From IMG/VR virus record IMGVR_UViG_3300025924_000017, positions 96,001-160,000 of that record: a stretch of 64,000 nucleotides of DNA. The stretch is one strand, 5' to 3'. The translations under genes and the position numbers were made by a program. Below the pieces are notes generated by a model. That model saw nothing but the letters and a program-made list of their open reading frames with translations, had not been told where the DNA came from and did no database searches. Positions 43,677 through 53,507 of the stretch are shown here, piece by piece (positions within the stretch are counted from its first letter, which is position 1; every line of letters begins with the position of its first letter). Origin of the DNA: a virus. Lineage: Duplodnaviria > Caudoviricetes.

Positions 43677-43722
43677 CTTGTAGCGGACAAATCAAAATTC
43701 ATACCGCCGATTTCTCTTTCGC

Positions 43723-44133
43723 CTATTCAGGCTTGAGGAAGGGAACACGGCTCCCACCGAAAATATCTTCCTCCACGAGCTTTCTTTCGAGAACGCTCGG
43801 CGCGTACTTTTTCCGCTGCTCGGCGTTTAGCTGCTTGACACGTCTGACTGTGAAGCTATCCGGCGATGAGAACCAGTCACCTGCGGCGTTGATGCGCATA
43901 CGCAAAAGGTTGGTGTCGGGGGCAAAATTCAGCACGCCGATATCATCCGCACTCGCCAATTCACCCCGAATGTCGTATCTGTGTTCGTCGGGCGACCATA
44001 TGACTTGAAGGTAACGAATGACGCCTGCGTTCGCTAACTGGGGATAGGACCTCTTCTCCTCGATGGCTGCGACAGGAACACGGCGCAACTCACGACCGGC
44101 CCCAATGTAGAATCTGATTTTCGTACTCGACAT
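43723..44133 (-). CDS. hypothetical protein, AT-richer codon usage
   Basis: 136-aa ORF with AAGGA SD. Confidence 0.6.
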   Translation of the reverse strand: MSSTKIRFYIGAGRELRRVPVAAIEEKRSYPQLANAGVIRYLQVIWSPDEHRYDIRGELASADDIGVLNFAPDTNLLRMRINAAGDWFSSPDSFTVRRVKQLNAEQRKKYAPSVLERKLVEEDIFGGSRVPFLKPE

Positions 44134-44163
44134 CAGTGATTCCTTTTAAGTCCGCGCAGCCGC

Positions 44164-44445
44164 TCAAAGCCAGTCTTCAAGTCTCTTTATTGTCGCCGCG
44201 TCGAGCTTGCGCCGCGTTCCCTTGATAGGCTTGTGCCCGTTGGTGTAATCGGTCATGTCGGTGATCCACCACTGGACCTTCGGATAGAACGCGACCTCGA
44301 CGCTGACCCATTGGATTGTCTTCTTCGCGCCCTTGCCGGTAGTGATCTTGTAGAGACCCTCGCGAGGGAGTCCGATCTTCTTGGCTTCCTCGGTGGCCCT
44401 CTTCTCGCGAGCGCGTTCGATCTGGCGACGATCAACCACGAGCAT
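44164..44445 (-). CDS. hypothetical protein
   Basis: ATG 44445 with GGAG SD inside ORF 44164-44565. Confidence 0.55.
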   Translation of the reverse strand: MLVVDRRQIERAREKRATEEAKKIGLPREGLYKITTGKGAKKTIQWVSVEVAFYPKVQWWITDMTDYTNGHKPIKGTRRKLDAATIKRLEDWL

Positions 44446-44812
44446 TTCTCCGATTGATTTCACGCTGTTTGGCGTCCATCTCGGCGACGATGGTATTTGG
44501 CCCTTCGCATTCCTCGACGAGATCGCGGTGCCTGCCCCAAATTTTCCACCACCGTGAGCGCCCATTGAGGTCCCAGCAGCCGAAGCAGGTGTGATCGTCC
44601 CAATAGTAAGGCCAGCCCGCCCAACGCTCGCCTTTCACACGCGGACGGTCTTGACGTAGCCCCATCGGACCGCAGACGTTCTCTCCGTCACGCGTCCGAT
44701 AGAATTTCCCAGCCTCGATCTTCGACAGGATCGTGACGGACGTGTCGGAGTGCTCAAATGGAGCCAACGTTTGCTCTTTGGCGCCCAGTAACTTGGAGAT
44801 AAAAGCGAGCAT
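44432..44812 (-). CDS. hypothetical protein
   Basis: MLAFISKLL start coupled to the upstream stop. Confidence 0.6.
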   Translation of the reverse strand: MLAFISKLLGAKEQTLAPFEHSDTSVTILSKIEAGKFYRTRDGENVCGPMGLRQDRPRVKGERWAGWPYYWDDHTCFGCWDLNGRSRWWKIWGRHRDLVEECEGPNTIVAEMDAKQREINRRNARG

Positions 44813-45045
44813 CAGGCCGATTCCTCGACGTCGAGGTGAACCAAGGCGAGCGGATTGGCGAGCTTCGCGAGGTGGATCGCGAACGTCGCCTCGATTTCCG
44901 AGAAACCCGTCGCGCGCTTCTTGCAATCATCCCAAGTGGGATAGTTGCTGGTCGGGAGCCAGATCAACGTGAAGTCATCAACGGCGAGATACGAGCGTTC
45001 GCCACCACGAACCGGCTCCTCACGGTAAACAACGAACTTCGCCAT
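44812..45045 (-). CDS. hypothetical protein
   Basis: MAKFVVYREE start coupled to the upstream stop. Confidence 0.6.
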   Translation of the reverse strand: MAKFVVYREEPVRGGERSYLAVDDFTLIWLPTSNYPTWDDCKKRATGFSEIEATFAIHLAKLANPLALVHLDVEESA

Positions 45046-47081
45046 CAGTAACGCACTCCATAGACTGTACCGCCGCCGGAATCGCGCACCTTTCCAGCAT
45101 GATAATCCTCGGCCGCCAGCAGCAACGGCGCCCACTTCAAATACTCCCGTCGCGTACGCGGATCGGAAAAGAACTGTTTGAAGTCCCCCGGTTTGTACGC
45201 CGAGACGTTCAGTAGTTCATTCGCCGGAACCTCGACGGATTGTTTGACCGCGTCGGGGCGCTCGTAGCGCGGACGACGCCAGTCACGACTTTCGCGAGTC
45301 CACCGAAATACAGCCTTGCGAGAGCGTGCTTTCCACTCAGTCGCTTTGCCAACGTATCCCGGTCCCGGACTGTCATCCGGGCGATAGCGCTTATAATTCG
45401 GATGGGTTCCGCGATGCCGGTAATCGTTCCGGATGCGTTTGTTTTCGCGTTCGGCTTCCCGGCGTAGCCAGTAGTCTTCCTGACCGACGAGTATGCTGTC
45501 GGGCGTGATCTGCGCGTTCAACTTCTCGCGAAACGCCTCGAAGTCCGGTTTGTCGCCGTGGGTCAGAGTCACCGCATCGTAGACAAGTTCAACCGAACGG
45601 GCGAAACTGTCAGGCTCCCACATGCGAACCGGCACGTGCGGATGGAGGACCTCCGAGCGGTCGAATAGGCCCTGCACGATCACCGCGATCCGGTTGTATT
45701 TCTTGATCTCGGCCTCGATCTCCCGGAGCACATCGTCGAAGTAGACATTCGTTTGATCGAACGGCTTCCATTCGTGTTTGTACTCGTGGCGGAAGCCAAT
45801 GCTCTTGTGAAACGGGTTCTCGATCCAATTGTTGTCACCCGGATTGGCTTTTTCCCATTCCTTATACTTGCGGTACTGCTCCGCCTCCTCGGCGACGAGC
45901 GACTCCCAACGCTTCTTGGGCATCATTTCATCGATGCGCCCAAACGATACCTTGACCATCATCGGCTCGCCGGGATCGAATTGATCCTTGTTCGGGATGA
46001 TCATCTCGTCAAACACGAAGTCGCAATCGACGCGCCAGAGTTGCTCCCCGTTGCGCACATAGAGGAACGTGGTCTTGTCAGCGTCTTCCAGTGAAAAATT
46101 GACGAACATCGTTCGAATGTTGCCGTCACTCTCGCGATCCTTGGTGTGACGGCGGACGCGAAATGCCACCAACGTCCGTGGGAACGGAAGAAGACGGTCA
46201 CGATTTTCAGGACGGGAGAGCCACGCATCGAACTTTTCGATGTCTTTGAACTCCATCCCACCGGCCTCGTAGTTGGCGAGGCACTCTTCATCCATATACA
46301 ATCGACGCTGCATCACGTGCAGTTTCTCGGCGATGGCTGCGGGTTCGCCGTCGCAGCATTTCACGGCTTCCTCGGTCAACCCGGCGTAAAGCTCGATGGT
46401 ATAGATGCGCTCTTTGACGGCGCCGATGCTCTGCTCCATCGGCCCGATGGAGGCTTCAAGGGGCATTGTGGGTGCGAGCATCCACTTCGCCAATTGCTGA
46501 TTGGCTTCCTTGATCTGTGCGAACAGTGCGGGCAAAGTTTTCTCGGCGGCCTTTACGAGGGCGTTCTTGTAGGCCTTGGTGTCTGGCTGGCTGGAGACAA
46601 CCACGAGCGCGTTTTGACCTTCACCGCTCGCAGTATCGTCATCATCATCGGAATCGTCCGCAATCTGCCGGGTAGGAACGACGCCCAGCTTTGCCGTAAG
46701 CGCCCTGACTTCCTCCAAGAGCGACCGCACTTGCAACCGCGCGCGACCTTGGCGGTCGGCGATGTATTGATCCGCTTCGGGAGCAGGCGTCAGTTCCTTG
46801 TCGAATTCGTCGAAGTGCACACGGACCGAACTGGACCCGCGTTCCCCGGGAGGAGACTTGAGCTTGACGTAATTCGACCCGATTTCCATGACGCAGCCGA
46901 GCCAGCGATACTTCTGACCCTCCTTCAGCTTCTTCCCATCGTCATCGGTCTCGCCGCCCCACGACGCTTCATCGTTGACCCAATACCATTGCCCGAGCTT
47001 GAGATCGTCCACTCGACCGGCGTCGAACGGCTCGGTCGTCTTGATTGGTGCGGGTGTGTTTTTGTTCTTGTCTTTTTTCAT
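45045..47081 (-). CDS. large hypothetical protein (678 aa) with coiled-coil segment
   Basis: Long ORF with phage-like codon bias; no motif recognised. Confidence 0.8.
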   Translation of the reverse strand: MKKDKNKNTPAPIKTTEPFDAGRVDDLKLGQWYWVNDEASWGGETDDDGKKLKEGQKYRWLGCVMEIGSNYVKLKSPPGERGSSSVRVHFDEFDKELTPAPEADQYIADRQGRARLQVRSLLEEVRALTAKLGVVPTRQIADDSDDDDDTASGEGQNALVVVSSQPDTKAYKNALVKAAEKTLPALFAQIKEANQQLAKWMLAPTMPLEASIGPMEQSIGAVKERIYTIELYAGLTEEAVKCCDGEPAAIAEKLHVMQRRLYMDEECLANYEAGGMEFKDIEKFDAWLSRPENRDRLLPFPRTLVAFRVRRHTKDRESDGNIRTMFVNFSLEDADKTTFLYVRNGEQLWRVDCDFVFDEMIIPNKDQFDPGEPMMVKVSFGRIDEMMPKKRWESLVAEEAEQYRKYKEWEKANPGDNNWIENPFHKSIGFRHEYKHEWKPFDQTNVYFDDVLREIEAEIKKYNRIAVIVQGLFDRSEVLHPHVPVRMWEPDSFARSVELVYDAVTLTHGDKPDFEAFREKLNAQITPDSILVGQEDYWLRREAERENKRIRNDYRHRGTHPNYKRYRPDDSPGPGYVGKATEWKARSRKAVFRWTRESRDWRRPRYERPDAVKQSVEVPANELLNVSAYKPGDFKQFFSDPRTRREYLKWAPLLLAAEDYHAGKVRDSGGGTVYGVRY

Positions 47082-47185
47082 CTGTGTGTGATGTACCAAA
47101 GCATGACGCCCCAGCCGGTGAAGAGCACGATCCCGAAGATGCAATAGCCGTAGATCAGAATGTCTTCAGTCGGGGGCAGTTTCAT
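47078..47185 (-). CDS. 35-aa single-TM peptide
   Basis: MKLPPTEDILIYGYCIFGIVLFTGWGVMLWYITHR; ATGA overlaps at both ends. Confidence 0.55.
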   Translation of the reverse strand: MKLPPTEDILIYGYCIFGIVLFTGWGVMLWYITHR

Positions 47186-47718
47186 TCGGGTTTCAACTCC
47201 GCAGCGTCCATGAACTCCCACGAGTCGAACTGATCGCTCTCGGAGTCTTCCACATCGAGGTCTTCAGCCATCTCTTTGGCCTCGGCCTCGCTATCGGCTT
47301 CGACGTGGAAATGATAGACGCGGCATTCGCGTTTTCGGACGAGGAAGGTCTTCTTCCCCTTCGATGCTGTCGCTCTTGCTTTGGCCTCTTTGCGTTCTTT
47401 CGTCGCGTCTTCCCTCAAGAGTTCTTCGGGGTCATCCAAAGCTGCGGTGATGCGTCGGGCGAGATCGGCCATGAGGTCCGCAATCTTTGCCACCGGCTTG
47501 TGCTCCATGAAGACCCACGCTTCATTGGGATGCGCGAGCGCCCATTCGACTTCAGCCTCATTATGCGTGACTGACGCGAAGTGTTGCATCTCATGGGACG
47601 AGACGCCGATCAACTTTCCTGCACGGGTGCGAGAAGTTGCTGCAACAACCGCCCGGGCGCGGGGATAGCGATGATCGATGTAGCGAACGCCGAAGACTTT
47701 GAGCTTCGACTTTGCCAT
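47182..47718 (-). CDS. hypothetical protein
   Basis: 178-aa ORF, GAGGAGG SD. Confidence 0.7.
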   Translation of the reverse strand: MAKSKLKVFGVRYIDHRYPRARAVVAATSRTRAGKLIGVSSHEMQHFASVTHNEAEVEWALAHPNEAWVFMEHKPVAKIADLMADLARRITAALDDPEELLREDATKERKEAKARATASKGKKTFLVRKRECRVYHFHVEADSEAEAKEMAEDLDVEDSESDQFDSWEFMDAAELKPE

Positions 47719-47984
47719 CAGCGATCCTCCTCACGGAGCTTTGCAGCAGCCGCAGCGAAGTCGATGACCTTGCCCTCAGGCAGACCCGTCAGATGTTTCT
47801 TCTGGAGGCCGATCACCACCATGGCACCCGAAAGCGCGGTCACGCTCAGTTCATTATCGAAGTACCCGTGATACGCGACGCCGGTCGGAGTCGTCACGAC
47901 ATAGACCTGAAACAGGCCCTTGTCGTGCCGGGTCTCGAACAGAAGCCGTCCGCGCTTGTCTGGGTCAACCTTCAAAATCATCAT
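47718..47984 (-). CDS. hypothetical protein
   Basis: 88-aa ORF, coupled. Confidence 0.65.
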   Translation of the reverse strand: MMILKVDPDKRGRLLFETRHDKGLFQVYVVTTPTGVAYHGYFDNELSVTALSGAMVVIGLQKKHLTGLPEGKVIDFAAAAAKLREEDR

Positions 47985-48163
47985 TCCTTTCGTTTTACTT
48001 CGCTACTCTGTTTCTGCTCGACCGCCTCGCGTACGCACGACGGATGCGCTTTATCTCCGGGTATCCCCAGACTTGCCAGCGTGGTGTGAAATCCTAAGGT
48101 CGTTTCGTTGGAGCCGTCCGGGGCTCGCCGAAGACGCTTCTTGCAGATTTCACACACTCTCAT
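47981..48163 (-). CDS. small Cys/His protein
   Basis: CEIC...HPSC; AAGGA SD. Confidence 0.55.
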   Translation of the reverse strand: MRVCEICKKRLRRAPDGSNETTLGFHTTLASLGIPGDKAHPSCVREAVEQKQSSEVKRKE

Positions 48164-48177
48164 CCGGCATCCTTATA

Positions 48178-48924
48178 TCAGAACACCAGCCCGACCATCT
48201 TGTGTTCGCGGTCGGACGGCTCGATGTATGCCTCGGTCGTCACCAGCGAGCGATGCCCGAGCAAATGCTGCACGTCACGGACCGAGCCGCCGACTTCATT
48301 ACACCGGCGCGCCATATTGGTGCCGAACGTCCGGCGACCGCTGTGACTGGTGCAGCCAATGAACCCCGCCGCCGCGTACATGCGCCGGAGGAACTGCACG
48401 ATGGTGTTCGGCGGGCACTTGTGCTTGCTCGGATCGCGGTGCTGAGGCTTCAGCGTCGGGATCACGTAGACATCGTTCGGCCGCAACGTGCGCAACGCCT
48501 TGAGAGCTTTCCGCACATTGGGGTGCAAGGGGATTTCACGCGCCACGGTGCGCTTGCCGATATCCTTGGTCACGTGAAGGAACTTCCCGATCTCGGCGTC
48601 CGAGGTCAGGATGTTGCGCTTCCATTTGAGACCGGCGATTTCCTGCGCGCGCAGGCCACAGTAGAAGGAGAGGAGCACCATCGCGGTGTCGCGCAGGAGC
48701 TTGAACTCGTCGATGCCCACGGCAATGCCGTTCTTGTAATCGGTCGCGGTCTCGCGGATATGGGCGAGCAGGCGGTCGAACTGGTCGGCGTTCAGCGTCT
48801 TGGCGCGGGTCGCCGAGACGAGCTTATGGCGGGCTTGGGCGTCCCGAGCCTCGCCGGTCAGGGGCGGTGGTGCGCGGTAGAACTGCACCCGCTTGCCACT
48901 GCCGATTTTTGCCACAACGTTCAT
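48178..48924 (-). CDS. tyrosine recombinase, catalytic domain only
   Basis: GLRAQE (R), HSGR (HxxR), LLGH, terminal Y; no core-binding N-terminal domain. Confidence 0.9.
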   Translation of the reverse strand: MNVVAKIGSGKRVQFYRAPPPLTGEARDAQARHKLVSATRAKTLNADQFDRLLAHIRETATDYKNGIAVGIDEFKLLRDTAMVLLSFYCGLRAQEIAGLKWKRNILTSDAEIGKFLHVTKDIGKRTVAREIPLHPNVRKALKALRTLRPNDVYVIPTLKPQHRDPSKHKCPPNTIVQFLRRMYAAAGFIGCTSHSGRRTFGTNMARRCNEVGGSVRDVQHLLGHRSLVTTEAYIEPSDREHKMVGLVF

Positions 48925-48955
48925 TCGTCAACGCTCCAATGTCAGAACTGGAGGC

Positions 48956-48984
48956 GATATAGCCGGGTCGGGGCATTTTGTCAA
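48956..48984 (-). promoter_or_regulatory. promoter of the recombinase
   Basis: TTGACA-17-TATATC (GCTATATC, full match to GCTANAWC). Confidence 0.75.
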
Positions 48985-49016
48985 CACTCGGCGTCAGAAA
49001 AAGTGACATGCCCAAA

Positions 49017-49397
49017 TCAGGCCCGATATTGTTTACCATCCGGGCGCCCGTCATGCGATAGGGCCGGGGCAGGGCTTTCCTCGGTTTTGCCGTCTTTGAA
49101 CTTGGCGAGGCGGTCGGCGCGGCAGGCTGCGAGCGCCTTGTCGAGAACGGAGGGATCGCTCTCGATGTACTTCGACCAGAGATCGTCGAACTTGCGCATG
49201 GCGTCGGGAAGCTGCGTGCGGAGTTTGACTTCGTAGACAGGGACGCCGTCGATCACGAACTGGGTCCATGACTGGCGACTGCGGCCCTGAGAATCGAAGC
49301 CGGGCTTGATCACATCGATCTGAAGATCGCCGCGTGTAAAGCAGCCGACGCGGTTTCCTTGGATGGAGCCGTCGTAGAGCGGAATGCGGTCGGACAC
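49017..49397 (-). CDS. hypothetical protein
   Basis: 126-aa ORF, GTG start immediately after the upstream stop. Confidence 0.6.
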   Translation of the reverse strand: MSDRIPLYDGSIQGNRVGCFTRGDLQIDVIKPGFDSQGRSRQSWTQFVIDGVPVYEVKLRTQLPDAMRKFDDLWSKYIESDPSVLDKALAACRADRLAKFKDGKTEESPAPALSHDGRPDGKQYRA

Positions 49398-49661
49398 TTA
49401 GAACGTAATCCAGCCGACATGAACGTTCTTGAAATCTTCCTGAGCCTTGTCGGTGACCGTCCATGCGCCCGGACGCTCCGCCGGTTCGAGCCAACCGAAG
49501 CGTTCGCAGATCAGAAGATTGGGGCAAATTCGCCACCCCCCATCACCCTCTTCGTGGGCGTATCGTGTTTCACCCTTCGCGAGCAGGCCGCCAATGAGAG
49601 CGACGGCGTTGACGTGTTGGAAACCGTCGATGGCACTTTCAGGGATATTGTACGCGTTCAT
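49398..49661 (-). CDS. hypothetical protein
   Basis: MNAYNIPES start with AAGGA SD. Confidence 0.6.
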   Translation of the reverse strand: MNAYNIPESAIDGFQHVNAVALIGGLLAKGETRYAHEEGDGGWRICPNLLICERFGWLEPAERPGAWTVTDKAQEDFKNVHVGWITF

Positions 49662-49825
49662 TTGTTCGGTCCTTGATCCTCGAAGATTTCTCTGACCCCG
49701 TGATCGGGGCAATCCTTGCGTGCCCACCACGCAATCTTGCCGTCCGGCCCAATAGCAACGATGAAATCCTTGCTCTTGTCCCCGGGCTTCGCGCAGTGTT
49801 CGCATTCCATTTTCGGCATGGCGGG

Positions 49826-49911
49826 ACCATCGCGGAATAGGGCTTCAATGTCAAGATCGGCGGCAGTGGCGTTAATTTCCGGTTGACACCGTCGCGAACG
49901 GCGGCTAAAGC
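49826..49911. promoter_or_regulatory. divergent promoters
   Basis: Minus TTGACA-17-GATGGT (49854); plus TTGACA-17-TAAAGC (49883). Confidence 0.6.
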
Positions 49912-49944
49912 GTCATGAACCACGACATTGGATAGCACACCTGC

Positions 49945-52092
49945 ATGCGCCACGCTACTAACGCGACCCGGCTAGAGACCGGCGGAGCGGTAGAACAAAC
50001 CGGTTTCAAGATCAACGCGAACGGCAAAGCCTTTCGTATCCTGATCGACGGGCTGTATTCGAACAAGAAAGAGTCCATCGTTCGCGAACTCTCGTCGAAT
50101 GCGTGGGACAGTCACAAGAAGCTCGGAACGACCAAGCCGTTCTTCGTCCACTGCCCAACACCGTTCCGGCCCGAATTCTTCGTCCGCGACTACGGCGTTG
50201 GCATGACCCACGCTACGGTCATGGACCTCTATTCGACGCTGTTCGCCTCGGACAAAGATGAGACTGATGATCTTGTCGGGATGTTCGGGCTCGGCTCGAA
50301 GTCGCCTTTCGCCTACACCGACCAATTCTGCGTTTCCTGCTACGACGGGGTCAACGTCCGCCATTACGGCGCCGGTATCGGCGAAGGCGGTGTGCCCCAG
50401 ATCATCCTCATGTCCACCGAGCCGTGTAACGAGCCGTTGGGCGTGCGTGTCTCCTTCGCGGTCGAGAGCAAGGACTTCGACGACTTCGAGAAGGCGATCA
50501 ACCGCGTATCCTTGGCCTTCGATCCCCTGTTCGAGACGAACAAGAAGCTCACCAGCGAGCTAGGCTTTGCCGAAATCTCCGGCGACGGCTGGCAGGCTTA
50601 TCGTGGCGGCAATCTGCCCAGCGAATTCAATGTCCGACAGGGTTGCGTCATCTACCCGCTCGAAGGCGTCGGCGGCATCAAGCTGCCGTCCACGTATAGC
50701 TACGGCGACAAAGCAGGACGGAAATACCTGTTCGAGTGTCCAATCGGGACCGTCGAAGTCACCTCGTCGCGGGAGAAGATCGCCTATTCGACCAAGGTGG
50801 TCGATTATCTGAAGGGACGGCTCGCCAAGTTCCTCAAGGAATACCCGACGCTGATCGCGGAAAAAGCGAAGCACATCGAGAACGTCCACGACTATTTCAA
50901 GATGATCGAAGGGCTGAAGCCGTCTTTCGTCAAGGACGGCTACGCCCACCCGGAGACAGGCCTGACAAGCGAAACGATCAAGATCGAATCGCCAGCCTGC
51001 ATCATGAACGTCGGCTACTCGTCGAGCGGGAACCGCTGGGAATACTCGACCGAAAAGCAGGTCGAGGCACGCCCGGCGGATGCTGCGAAAGACTTCGTCA
51101 TCGAAATCAAGGACATCACACTGCTGCTCGACGTGGCGCGTGATCCGAAGTCCGCGCTGAATGAACGCGAGCATCGGCGCGTCAGTCGTCTGCTGCGTGC
51201 CTACGTCGAAGCCCACATGCCCACGGCGATGGTGACGTTCTGGCTCGGCCTCAAATGGACGGATCGCTTCATCGAAATCTGCCTGCCGAACATTGAGCGC
51301 AAAACGCTCACGGTGAAGGACCTCTTCAATATAGTCCCCGGCCGCCGGGGAGAACGGCCTGCGGAGCAAATTCGCGGCGTCGCGATGATCAAAGGCGACT
51401 CCAACGAACAACGCCCGGTCACAAGCCTCGAAGGTACGCCCAAAGAATGCGCATGGGTGATGGCCGATCACTTCCGCGCACACCAGCGCGGATTACGAGC
51501 GCTTGCGACCTATTTCGGCGTCACGGAGTTCTATGTCGCTTCGAGCAACGCCGTGAAGCAGTTGAAGGAATCGCATATCCCGTCGTTACAGGAACACATC
51601 GATGCGTACCTGCGTGAGAACTACAAGATCGGCTGGAGCGATTGGGTTGCGCTTCACAACGCGTGCAATCGGCTGACCTACAACTCCAGAAACATTTTCA
51701 ACTTCGTGAAAGTGCTGGAGGAAAACTCCCCTGACCAGTTCAAGAGACTGACCGCGTCGAAGACCTTCATCGCCGTTTTGGTAAAGGCGTTGGCGCCGTT
51801 TGTCCGCAACGGCCTCGTACCTTTCAACAGGCTTTCCAACTTGGAGTCCGTTATCGAACTGTTGAACAAGCGAGCCGTCAAACAGCCGCTTGAGCCTCAT
51901 ACGCAGAACCTCGTGAAATGCACTGAGGTCTATGCCGCCCACGACGGCAGCCCGCAGTTCTGCTTTCTTCACGCGCTGACCGACCGCACGGAGTATTCGG
52001 TCAAGCAGATGAAACTCGCCGTCACCGCGCTGATCGCCGCGTTCACAACCATCCCCGTCACCGAAAAATCCAAAAAGTGGAAGGACCTTTAG
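49945..52092 (+). CDS. rIIA: rIIA-like protein
   Basis: LYSNK..SIVRELSSNAWDSH, VRDYGVGM, GMFGLGSKSPFAYTD; followed by rIIB. Confidence 0.92.
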   Translation: MRHATNATRLETGGAVEQTGFKINANGKAFRILIDGLYSNKKESIVRELSSNAWDSHKKLGTTKPFFVHCPTPFRPEFFVRDYGVGMTHATVMDLYSTLFASDKDETDDLVGMFGLGSKSPFAYTDQFCVSCYDGVNVRHYGAGIGEGGVPQIILMSTEPCNEPLGVRVSFAVESKDFDDFEKAINRVSLAFDPLFETNKKLTSELGFAEISGDGWQAYRGGNLPSEFNVRQGCVIYPLEGVGGIKLPSTYSYGDKAGRKYLFECPIGTVEVTSSREKIAYSTKVVDYLKGRLAKFLKEYPTLIAEKAKHIENVHDYFKMIEGLKPSFVKDGYAHPETGLTSETIKIESPACIMNVGYSSSGNRWEYSTEKQVEARPADAAKDFVIEIKDITLLLDVARDPKSALNEREHRRVSRLLRAYVEAHMPTAMVTFWLGLKWTDRFIEICLPNIERKTLTVKDLFNIVPGRRGERPAEQIRGVAMIKGDSNEQRPVTSLEGTPKECAWVMADHFRAHQRGLRALATYFGVTEFYVASSNAVKQLKESHIPSLQEHIDAYLRENYKIGWSDWVALHNACNRLTYNSRNIFNFVKVLEENSPDQFKRLTASKTFIAVLVKALAPFVRNGLVPFNRLSNLESVIELLNKRAVKQPLEPHTQNLVKCTEVYAAHDGSPQFCFLHALTDRTEYSVKQMKLAVTALIAAFTTIPVTEKSKKWKDL

Positions 52093-52097
52093 TTCCC

Positions 52098-53507
52098 GTG
52101 CCCAACCCCATCCAAGTTGCATACATCGCCACCGATCATTCCATCAGCGTCACGTTGAACGGCCGCTTCCGCTGCCTGAAACTCAATACCGAACAGGGCA
52201 CGAAGCTGCACGAAGCCTGCAAGAAGCGCCCGCAGGACATCGACGAGATCGCAATGCTGGCGGACGTGACGCTCTTCATCGCCAAGCACACCTTCGGCCG
52301 CGTTCAGGTCGATGAGAACGATCAGCTTCGCCTCGACGGCAAGGTGATCGACTACGGGCTTTCCTCGATCATCCTGCGGATGGTCAACGAGGGCGACGAT
52401 GTCTCGCATCTTGTGCGGTTCGTCGAGAACGTGGCGGAAAACCCGGACCCCGAGATCGCCGAGCACGTCTATTCGTTCCTCCACAAGGGCCTGATGCCGA
52501 TCACGCCGGACGGCTGTTTCCACGCGTTCAAGAAGGTGGACAACGACTACAAATCTTTTGCGTGTGGGAGCGAAAACGTGGAAGTCACAGTCTGGGAGGA
52601 CGACATCCTCCAAGGCGGCTTCCAGCATACCTTTGTGACCCTCGGCCACATCCCATATCCGGTCGGCGGCACTCTCACGATGGACCGTACTCTTTGTGAT
52701 CCGAAGCGCAATAAGACCTGTTCGGTCGGCCTTCACGCCTGCTCGCCCGGCTACCTGAATCACTGGTACGGCATGCAGGGGCGTCTCCTGATCGTGAAGA
52801 TCAATCCCCGCGACGTGACGGCGGTCCCGAACGACTACAACGATGCCAAGCTCCGCTGCTGTCGTCTCGAAGTGCTCGCCGAAATCCCTGAAGAAGATGC
52901 CGTGACGCACTTCGACCGTGCCGTGGAGCATCGCTACACGCCCGGCTGGGAGGATCGGAAGATCGAAGAGCCGAAGCCCACGCTGACGATCCACGGCGAG
53001 ACCTACCCGGTGGAGGAAATTACGCTAACCACCGGCAACACGTTGTGCCCCACGCCACCACTGCCGCCCACGATGATCACGGGCGAGATTATCCCGAACC
53101 TCAGCATCGCGCCGCCCGAGACGCTGGATCAGGTGATGCAGATCGCTGTGGAAGACGGGCACACCGATGCCTCGCTGGATGGCGAATTCTGGTGCGATCC
53201 GCTGACCGGCGACTCCTACAGGTGGATTCCGAAAGGCTTCCGCGAAGCGTACTGCATGATGTACTCCGCCGCCTATTGCGACGGCTTCGTGCTCGAAGAT
53301 CACACGCCTCGCGCATACCGGCGCGGCGTCAAAGACGGCAAGACACAGGCCCGCGCGGATGTGGGTAACGATACGTTCTTCCGGATAGACCCGGGCCTCG
53401 GCCTTCATTGGCTCCAGTGGGGCAAAGCAGAAGCGTGCGACGCGGATGCCTACTGCAAGGGCTTCTACGAAGGCTACTTCGAAATTCTGGACGCGCTCTT
53501 GGACTGA
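52098..53507 (+). CDS. rIIB: rIIB-like protein with C-terminal extension
   Basis: ITPDGCF.AFKKV, CSVGLHAC, VKINPRDV.AVP.DYN..KLRCC. Confidence 0.9.
   Translation: MPNPIQVAYIATDHSISVTLNGRFRCLKLNTEQGTKLHEACKKRPQDIDEIAMLADVTLFIAKHTFGRVQVDENDQLRLDGKVIDYGLSSIILRMVNEGDDVSHLVRFVENVAENPDPEIAEHVYSFLHKGLMPITPDGCFHAFKKVDNDYKSFACGSENVEVTVWEDDILQGGFQHTFVTLGHIPYPVGGTLTMDRTLCDPKRNKTCSVGLHACSPGYLNHWYGMQGRLLIVKINPRDVTAVPNDYNDAKLRCCRLEVLAEIPEEDAVTHFDRAVEHRYTPGWEDRKIEEPKPTLTIHGETYPVEEITLTTGNTLCPTPPLPPTMITGEIIPNLSIAPPETLDQVMQIAVEDGHTDASLDGEFWCDPLTGDSYRWIPKGFREAYCMMYSAAYCDGFVLEDHTPRAYRRGVKDGKTQARADVGNDTFFRIDPGLGLHWLQWGKAEACDADAYCKGFYEGYFEILDALLD

Noticed and set aside
48178-48924. Prophage boundary at the recombinase
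   Set aside because: Phage-type genes continue on both sides; no host genes or att duplication seen.
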